Part shown: positions 57,412 to 64,000 of the stretch, in pieces
How positions within the stretch are numbered: the first letter of the stretch is position 1
How the letters are laid out: every line of letters begins with the position of its first letter
NCBI RefSeq assembly: GCF_040222615.1
Contig: NZ_JAVKCQ010000019.1
Location: forward strand, 21,979 to 85,978
Source of the DNA: Haliea sp.
GTDB lineage: Bacteria; Pseudomonadota; Gammaproteobacteria; Pseudomonadales; Halieaceae
Direction: 5' to 3'
Length of the DNA: 64,000 nucleotides
The notes under the pieces: generated by a model
What the model was told of the DNA's origin: nothing
What the model saw: only the letters and a program-made list of their open reading frames with translations
The model's database searches: none
Position numbers and translations under genes: made by a program

Positions 57412-58266
57412 ATGAACAACGCTGACCAGCCGCAGGGCAATGCTTTTCAGGGCAAGGTAGTCTGGATTACCGGAGCCTCGGGCGGGATTGGCGCCGCCCT
57501 GGCCAGGCATCTCGCTGCACGCGGTGCCCGCCTGGTGCTTTCCGCCCGGCGCGCGGAGGCCCTGGAAACCGTAAAAGCTGACTGCGTCGGAGCCGGGGTG
57601 TCAGCGGAGTCGGTGCTGGTACTGCCACTGGATGTGGCGGCGACCAACACCATGCCGGCGGCGGTGGAGGCGGTGCTGGCACACTTCGGCCACATAGACC
57701 TGCTGGTCAATAATGCCGGCATATCCCAGCGTTCCCTGTGCCTGGAAACAGAGCTGGACGTCTACCGCCAGTTGTTCGAGGTGGATGTCATTGGCCAGAT
57801 CGCCCTCACCAAGCAGGTGTTGCCGCACATGGTCGCCCGTGGCAGTGGCCATGTGGCGGTGACCGCGAGTGTGGCGGGCAAGGTGGGTGTACCCCTGCGT
57901 ACTGGATATTGCGCCGCCAAACACGCAGTAATGGGTTTCTTTGACGCCCTGCGCTCGGAGGTGGCACATCTGGGGGTTCGCGTCACCACCATTGTGCCCG
58001 GCTTTATCCGCACCGATATCGCCCGCAACGCCCTCACGGGAACCGGGGCGCCGATGGGGGCAGCGGACGAGGATATTGAGGGCGGCATGGATGTCGACGA
58101 GTGTGCCGCCGCCATCCTTGGGGGTCTCGCCCTGGGCACCGAGGAGATCGATGTTGGCAAGGGCGCGGAAATGGATCTGCTGTCGCTCAAGCGCAGTGAT
58201 CCTGTCGGCACCTTTCGGCTGATGGAGGCAATGGCCGCGGAAGTGTTTGCCAGGCGCCAGTCCTGA
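57412..58266 (+). CDS. Short-chain dehydrogenase/reductase
   Basis: WITGASGGIG, NNAG, YCAAK (YxxxK), PGFIRT. Confidence 0.93.
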   Translation: MNNADQPQGNAFQGKVVWITGASGGIGAALARHLAARGARLVLSARRAEALETVKADCVGAGVSAESVLVLPLDVAATNTMPAAVEAVLAHFGHIDLLVNNAGISQRSLCLETELDVYRQLFEVDVIGQIALTKQVLPHMVARGSGHVAVTASVAGKVGVPLRTGYCAAKHAVMGFFDALRSEVAHLGVRVTTIVPGFIRTDIARNALTGTGAPMGAADEDIEGGMDVDECAAAILGGLALGTEEIDVGKGAEMDLLSLKRSDPVGTFRLMEAMAAEVFARRQS

Positions 58267-58316
58267 TCCGGCGCCGTCCTGCGGGGCGGCCGCGTTTCCT
58301 TGCCAAAAATATGTGG

Positions 58317-58568
58317 TCAGCTGACTGCGGCGGACCCTGCGGTCAGGATCTGCTGCAGGAACTGCAGGTGTTCAGCGGCCTCGTGTCCCAGCGGGGTGAG
58401 AAAACCGCCGTCCTCGTGGTCCACCAGGCCCTTGGCGTGCAGGCGGCTGGCGGCGGCAATCATCTCCGGGGCCGCATTGCTGTGGATTTTCAGCCCGACC
58501 TGGGCGCTGCTCAGGTCGAACTTCAGCAGGAGATCAATCTCGTCTATCAAATCCGGGGTCAGTGTCAT
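58317..58568 (-). CDS. TIGR02647-family small protein
   Basis: E..LL.KF.L.S.Q.GLKIH..A....IAAA.RL..KGL....DGG.LT..G..AAEH. Confidence 0.8.
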   Translation of the reverse strand: MTLTPDLIDEIDLLLKFDLSSAQVGLKIHSNAAPEMIAAASRLHAKGLVDHEDGGFLTPLGHEAAEHLQFLQQILTAGSAAVS

Positions 58569-58641
58569 CGCGGCTTCCAGTCAGTGTTATTGCGCAAGCA
58601 TAGCGCATTAGTGCCGCCCGGGCTGCAGTCTCCCGCGCCGG

Positions 58642-59823
58642 TCAGTCATTTTCCGCCAGGGGGGCGCGAACAACCGGCTCCAGGCGCACGATGGCAGAGG
58701 GCTTGGCGCCACGGTCATCGATGGCGAGGTAGACAAAGCCGTCTGGCCCCTGGCGTACATCGCGGATGCGGCCCAGGCCCTTGACCAGGCTTTCCTCTCG
58801 TACGACACGCTGCCCATCCAGTTCCAGCAGCGTCACTTCCTGTCCCGACAGCCCTCCGGCCAACAGGTGGCCGCGCCAGTGCGGGAAGGCATCGCCGGTG
58901 TAAAGTGCCAGTCCGGAAGTGCCGATGGACGGCACCCAGACCTTGCGCGGCTGGGTCATGCCCTCGGCGTGGGTGGCGGCGTGAATAGCCGAGCCAGAGT
59001 TGTAGTTGACTCCATAGCCGATCACGGGCCAGCCGTAGTTGGCGCCGGCTTCCACCAGATTGAGTTCGTCTCCACCCTGGGGGCCGTGCTCGGTCAGCCA
59101 CAGCTCGCCGGTGGCCGGATTCATGAGCATGCCCTGGGCGTTGCGGTGGCCGTAGCTCCAGATCTCCCCGAGGGCGTTGCGCTTGCCCACGAAAGGGTTG
59201 TCTCCGGGAATACTGCCATCTTCCATAAGCCGCACCACCACGCCGTGGTGGTCGGACAGCAACTGTGCCGGGTGTTTTTCCAGCTCGCCGGACGGCGGTA
59301 CCTGGCGATCGCCGATGGTGACGAAGATATGGCCCTTGCCATCGAACACAATGCGGGAACCGTAGTGTCCGCGGCCGCGGGATGTGGCTGCAAAAATTTC
59401 CTCGACCTCCCGCAGCGCGCCGTCCCGGTAACGCCCGCGGATGACCGCGGTGGTGGACTCATCGCCCGGCAGTGGCTTGGAGTAGGAGAGGTACAGCAGT
59501 TGGTTGAGGGCGAAATCGGGGTGTGGGACCACGTCGAGCAGCCCACCCTGACCGCGGTAGTAGACTTCTGGCAGGCCTGTCACTGGCTCCTGCAGCAGCT
59601 CGCCGTTGCGCACGACACGCAATCGCCCCGGCTGTTCGGTGACCAGCATCTCGCCGTTGGGCAGGAAAGCCATGGACCAGGGCCGGATCAAACCCTCAGC
59701 CACGGTCGCCACGCGGTAGTCGTGGAACGCGGAATAGCGGGTCTCGCCGGTCTGCGCCGGCTGTGCGCTGGCGTGGTTTGCGGTAGCGAGCAACAGCGCC
59801 AACACCATCCCCAGTTTTTTCAT
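58642..59823 (-). CDS. PQQ-dependent soluble aldose sugar dehydrogenase (YliI/GdhB-like)
   Basis: Signal peptide, PWSMAFLP, GQGGLLDV, HYGSRI, GHRNAQG, EHGPQGGDELN, NYGWP, RIRDV.QGPDG. Confidence 0.92.
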   Translation of the reverse strand: MKKLGMVLALLLATANHASAQPAQTGETRYSAFHDYRVATVAEGLIRPWSMAFLPNGEMLVTEQPGRLRVVRNGELLQEPVTGLPEVYYRGQGGLLDVVPHPDFALNQLLYLSYSKPLPGDESTTAVIRGRYRDGALREVEEIFAATSRGRGHYGSRIVFDGKGHIFVTIGDRQVPPSGELEKHPAQLLSDHHGVVVRLMEDGSIPGDNPFVGKRNALGEIWSYGHRNAQGMLMNPATGELWLTEHGPQGGDELNLVEAGANYGWPVIGYGVNYNSGSAIHAATHAEGMTQPRKVWVPSIGTSGLALYTGDAFPHWRGHLLAGGLSGQEVTLLELDGQRVVREESLVKGLGRIRDVRQGPDGFVYLAIDDRGAKPSAIVRLEPVVRAPLAEND

Positions 59824-59922
59824 GAAGTAAGCTCCCGGCGGTGAATTTGGCCCGCAAGTATAGCCGGTTCGCACCTCCCGGGCGAAACCCCGCAGCGGTC
59901 GCCTCAAGGCGCCGCCGGCGAA

Positions 59923-59978
59923 CTGTCACTAATCTGCAATTTCCCCGTCATCCCATTGTCATTGACACGGCCTAGTAT
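59923..59978 (+). promoter_or_regulatory. Pho box array (four PhoB half-sites) plus -10 element
   Basis: CTGTCAC(59923), CTGCAAT(59934), CCGTCAT(59945), TTGTCAT(59956) at exact 11-bp periodicity; TAGTAT 10 bp after the last repeat. Confidence 0.75.
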
Positions 59979-60000
59979 CGCGCCGGTCAAAAACAATCGT

Positions 60001-62198
60001 CACGGCGTCAGCACGGCGTCGCCGGAGAACCGCCGCGGCATCATGCTCGATGGCGTTGCTTCCGACATGCTGGACTCCATGACAGTCTACAAGACGCTCA
60101 CCCCGAACCTCGACGCAGATACGATCGGCGGCGCTATTGATCTGGAGACCATCAGTGCTTTCAAACACGACGGCTTCCACGCCAAGGTGAAGGCAGAGAC
60201 CTCCTGGAACGAACTGACCGGGGACAGCAACAACCCCAAGCTTGCAGTGGTCGCCAGCAACCGCTTCCAGCTGGCGGATGGTGAGCTGGGCGTGGCGCTG
60301 ACCCTGAGCGACCAGAGTCGCCGCATCGTGTCGGAAACAATGAAACCGGTGGCTGGTCGGATGTCGCCATCAACGAAGACTACGAAATGCGGTACTACGA
60401 TCTGGAGCGCGAGCGCCAGGGTGTAGTTCTCAATTTCGATTATCACGCCGCGAGCGGCAACAAGTACTACGCCCGCTTTTTCCACAACGAATACACCGAC
60501 ACCGAGGACCGCACCAAATGGGAAGTTCGCCGTGCCTTCGAGGATGAGCCGGTGATCGACGGCGACATCGCGACCTATCCCTTCCAACGTGTGGATACTG
60601 AATCCCGCCCCCGGATAGAAACCCGCACCATCAGTTCGGTCCAGCTGGGGAGCGAATTCCAGCTCACCGAGCGCAGCACCCTCAAGGCCGAGATTTTTGG
60701 TTCTGAAGCGGAGCAGGACGATACCGACAAGTGGAACGTGATTTTCCGCAGTGCCCAGCTCGACGTTCCGATGACCTACGACAACAGCAACCCGAAGAAA
60801 CCGGTGATCAACTTCGCCCAGGAACTCTACGACCCGGCCAATTTCGAGTTGAGCGCCTTCGAGGCGGAAAACGCCCTGACCACGGACCGGGATGTCGGCT
60901 TCAAGCTGGACCTGAGCTATACCCTGAATGAGCGCACCGAGCTGCAGTACGGCATCAAGTATCGCCAGCGGGAGAAGGACAACGACTTCAATTTCTGCGG
61001 CTATGAGCCAGTGGCTGATTCCACCCTGGCGGATTATCCGAACCAGGAGATCGGCGACTACTTTGGCAACCGGCACGGGCCGGCGCCGACGGTCGCCGGC
61101 ACTCGCGGCCTGATTTCCACTCTGGGTGACGGCGTGTTCATGCTCTCCGATGGCACAACCTGTCGCGCCCCGGGGAGTGCCTGGGAGATGAGTGGCGACG
61201 AGGATGAGGAATCCATCGCCGCGGACTGGTATACCGATGAGGACATTCTGGCCGGCTACCTGATGGCCACCACCGCGACCGATACGGTGACCTGGATCTA
61301 CGGCCTGCGCTATGAGGACACCAGGGCTACTTATGCGGGCAAGCAGTTTGACGGTGACGCCTTTGCCGGCCCGGTAGCGTTTGACAACGACTACGGATTC
61401 CTCGCGCCTTCACTGAATGTCCGGGTCGACCTGAATGATGAACAGGTGCTGCGGCTGGGTGCGTTCCGCTCCCTGGTGCGGCCCGGATTTGGTGAATCTG
61501 CCGCCGGTGCGGAAATCGACCTGGAGGACAACGAGATCGACGGTGGCAACCCCTTCCTGGATCCCACGGTTGCCTTGAATTTTGACGTCAGCTTCGAATG
61601 GTATCGGGGTGACGAGACCTTCATCGGAGCGGGCCTGTTCTACAAGGACATCAAGGATGCGATTGTGGAGGTGGACGCAGCAGATACTGCCCTCCGCGGT
61701 CGGGTCTGGGACCGGGCTGAAACCTTCATCAATGCTGGCGACAGCAGCATCTGGGGTGCCGAGTTCTCCTACCAAACGGCGCTGGACAACGGCTTTCTGC
61801 TGGTGCTGAACTACACCTACGCCGATGGCGAGACCGACCTGCCGGCGGATTCCGCCTACGGTGAGCGCAGCATCCCGTACTTCAAGCAGGCGAGGCACAC
61901 AGCCAACGTTTCTGTGGGCTACGACAGGGGGCCATGGGATGTCCGCCTGGCGGCCAACTATCGCGACAAATACCTCGATGCGATCGGTGGCCAGGCGCTG
62001 AATGATCGCTATACCGGCGACTTCGTGCAGGTGGACTTGACCGGAAAATACGCTATCAACGACAAGTTGACCCTGAATGCGTCCGCAATCAATCTCAACG
62101 ACCGCCCGGAGTTCTACTACTTCGGCAACGAGCGCCGCCTGTCGCAGTACGACGAGTTCGGCACCACCTATGAGCTTGGCCTGACCTATATTTTCTGA
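60001..62198 (+). pseudogene. TonB-dependent receptor, 5'-truncated and frameshifted
   Basis: Plug segment GVST..PE.RRGIMLDGV.SDML....VYKTLTP..DAD.IGGAI.L has no upstream signal peptide or RBS. A frameshift at TCGGAAACAATG (60331-60342) joins to the barrel ORF 60387-62198, which ends TYELGLTYIF. Confidence 0.8.
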
Positions 62199-62206
62199 GG
62201 AAGATC

Positions 62207-62839
62207 ATGCACAAGTACCTTGCTGTATTGCTACTCGCCTGCGCCCTGCCGGCGCTGGCAGATGCCCCGGTGGCGGGGGTCAGGCTGGTGGAGAACGTGT
62301 TGTACTTCCCCCAGCCGGAGAGTGCCCCCGCCGAGGTTTATGCCCTGGTGGAAATTCCCGCAGGCAGTGGTATCAAATACGAACTGGACGCGGCGACCGG
62401 CCACCTGCTGGTGGATCGCTTTCAGTCCATGCCGGTGGTGTACCCCGCGAACTACGGTACCCTGCCGTCGACCCTTGCGGGAGACAATGATCCGCTCGAT
62501 GTTCTGGTGTTTACCCGTGAGCCGGTGGCACCCGCTGCCCTGATCCGGGTACGGCCGATAGGAGTGCTGCGAATGCTCGATGGCGGCGAACAGGATGACA
62601 AGCTCCTCGCCGTGCCGGCGGATGCAGTGGATCCCACATACGCGGGGATAAGGGATATTGGTGACCTGCCAGAGATTGAATTGCAGCGTCTGCAGGCATT
62701 TTTTTCCGTTTACAAGCAGCTGCCTGCAGGCCGCAAGCAGGTTGAGTTGCAGGGCCTGGGCGACCGTGGTGTTGCACTGGAGGTCACCCGGGCCGCGCTG
62801 CGGCGGTTTGCGGCCGCAGCCGGTGCCGGAGCAGACTGA
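62207..62839 (+). CDS. ppa: Family I inorganic pyrophosphatase with a signal peptide
   Basis: MHKYLAVLLLACALPALA|D signal; EIP...IKYE, VDR, YPANYG, GDNDPLDVLV, D.GE.DDK, FF..YK catalytic residues intact. Confidence 0.88.
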   Translation: MHKYLAVLLLACALPALADAPVAGVRLVENVLYFPQPESAPAEVYALVEIPAGSGIKYELDAATGHLLVDRFQSMPVVYPANYGTLPSTLAGDNDPLDVLVFTREPVAPAALIRVRPIGVLRMLDGGEQDDKLLAVPADAVDPTYAGIRDIGDLPEIELQRLQAFFSVYKQLPAGRKQVELQGLGDRGVALEVTRAALRRFAAAAGAGAD

Positions 62840-62938
62840 CGTCTGTGACCGACAGCCTTCTTTCGCTGCCGTCAAGTCTTGCGTCTGGCGCGGCGCGGTG
62901 TAAGTATCCGCCGACATGTGTTGTGGATAGTGTCAGTC

Positions 62939-64000
62939 ATGAACCCGCGGAAGTTCCCTGCCCTGCTGTTGCTGGTTGCTTGCTCCCCGGCTCTGGCCGA
63001 CGCCGGCTTCCCGGCCTGCCTGCTCACGCTGCAGAACCAGGCTCGCGAGGCGCGGGTCGCCGACTGGATCGTTGACGAGGTGGTACCCGGCCTGCAGCAG
63101 CAGGAGCGGGTGCTGGCGCTTGACGGCAAGCAGCCGGAGTTCGTCCAGACCTTTGCCCAGTATCTGAATGCCCGAGTGACCCAGGCGCGGATAGACCAGG
63201 GGCGCATCCTGTATCGCAAGCACCGGGACTTCCTGGCTCGCCTGCAGCAGAAGTACGGCGTACCTGGACACTACCTGGTCGCGTTTTGGGGGCTGGAAAC
63301 CAACTTCGGCAGTTATCTCGGCGGTATGCCCACCCTCGACTCCCTGGCGACTCTCGCCTGCGATACCCGCCGGGCGGAATTCTTTGGCGGCGAATTTATC
63401 GCGGCGCTGCAGCTGCTGGAGCGGGAGCGCCTGCAGCCTGCGGAAATGCGTGGTTCCTGGGCCGGTGCCGTCGGGCACACCCAGTTCATGCCCAGCAACT
63501 ATCTGCGCTACGCTGTGGACGGTGACGGGGATGGCCGCATCGACCTCTGGGGCAGTGAGCAGGATGCCCTCGCCTCCGGTGCCAACTTTCTGAGCCAGCT
63601 GGGCTGGGTGCCGGAACTGCGCTGGGGCCGTGAAGTGCGCCTGCAGCCGGGTTTCCGCTTTGACCTGGCCGGTAGCGGCAAGCGGCGTCCATTGCTGGAG
63701 TGGTCCCAACTCGGGGTGCGTCGCAGCGACGGTGGCACATTACCGGAGTCGGAGTTGCAGGCGGTAATCCTGCTGCCGGCGGGAGCCGCCGGCCCCGCTT
63801 TCATGGTGTACGAGAATTTCGATGTCATCATGCGCTGGAACCGTTCGGAGTCCTATGCCCTGTCGGTGGGGCATCTGGCGGACCGTATTGCCGGTGCCGG
63901 CCCCTTGCAACAGCCTCCCCCTGTGAATCAGCGTCCCCTGTCGCGGGGCGATGTTGAACTTGTCCAGCAGCAGCTCAACGAGCTGGGTTTCGAGGCCGGT
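62939..64000 (+). CDS. Lytic murein transglycosylase (MltB/Slt35-like), runs off the window end
   Basis: Translated by hand: MNPRKFPALLLLVACSPALA|D..., QPEF, YGVP...LVAFWGLETNFG, GSWAGAVGHTQFMPSNY..YAVDGDGDGRIDLW. Confidence 0.92.
   Translation, partial: MNPRKFPALLLLVACSPALADAGFPACLLTLQNQAREARVADWIVDEVVPGLQQQERVLALDGKQPEFVQTFAQYLNARVTQARIDQGRILYRKHRDFLARLQQKYGVPGHYLVAFWGLETNFGSYLGGMPTLDSLATLACDTRRAEFFGGEFIAALQLLERERLQPAEMRGSWAGAVGHTQFMPSNYLRYAVDGDGDGRIDLWGSEQDALASGANFLSQLGWVPELRWGREVRLQPGFRFDLAGSGKRRPLLEWSQLGVRRSDGGTLPESELQAVILLPAGAAGPAFMVYENFDVIMRWNRSESYALSVGHLADRIAGAGPLQQPPPVNQRPLSRGDVELVQQQLNELGFEAG

Overview
High-GC gammaproteobacterial chromosomal window. The gene mix (TonB receptors, WS/DGAT, hdfR, TIGR02647, nei, type I SQR) suggests a marine Cellvibrionales/Halieaceae-like organism (inference). 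The first 3 kb is a mobile-element scar: the 3' end of a P4-type integrase, a second degenerate tyrosine-recombinase remnant, and an IS21-family element (503-3008) whose istA carries an in-frame amber stop. The rest is mostly metabolic and transport genes. No tRNA, rRNA or CRISPR array was seen. Best leads: (1) an unannotated, apparently sigma54-driven ~95-nt RNA with CsrA/RsmA-type AGGGA loops at 20476-20570 (minus); (2) a MalT-like regulator / hydantoinase / DUF917 / TonB receptor / racemase cluster abutting a sulfide:quinone oxidoreductase operon, suggesting catabolism of a thiohydantoin-like compound coupled to H2S oxidation; (3) a divergent autotransporter / membrane Ser-Thr kinase / exported Sel1-coiled-coil-caspase cluster; (4) a four-repeat Pho-box promoter ahead of a broken TonB receptor and a signal-peptide-bearing family I pyrophosphatase; (5) a WS/DGAT with a histone-like tail, and a B12 radical SAM gene coupled to a small zinc-ribbon gene. 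All family calls come from motif recognition by eye, with no database search.
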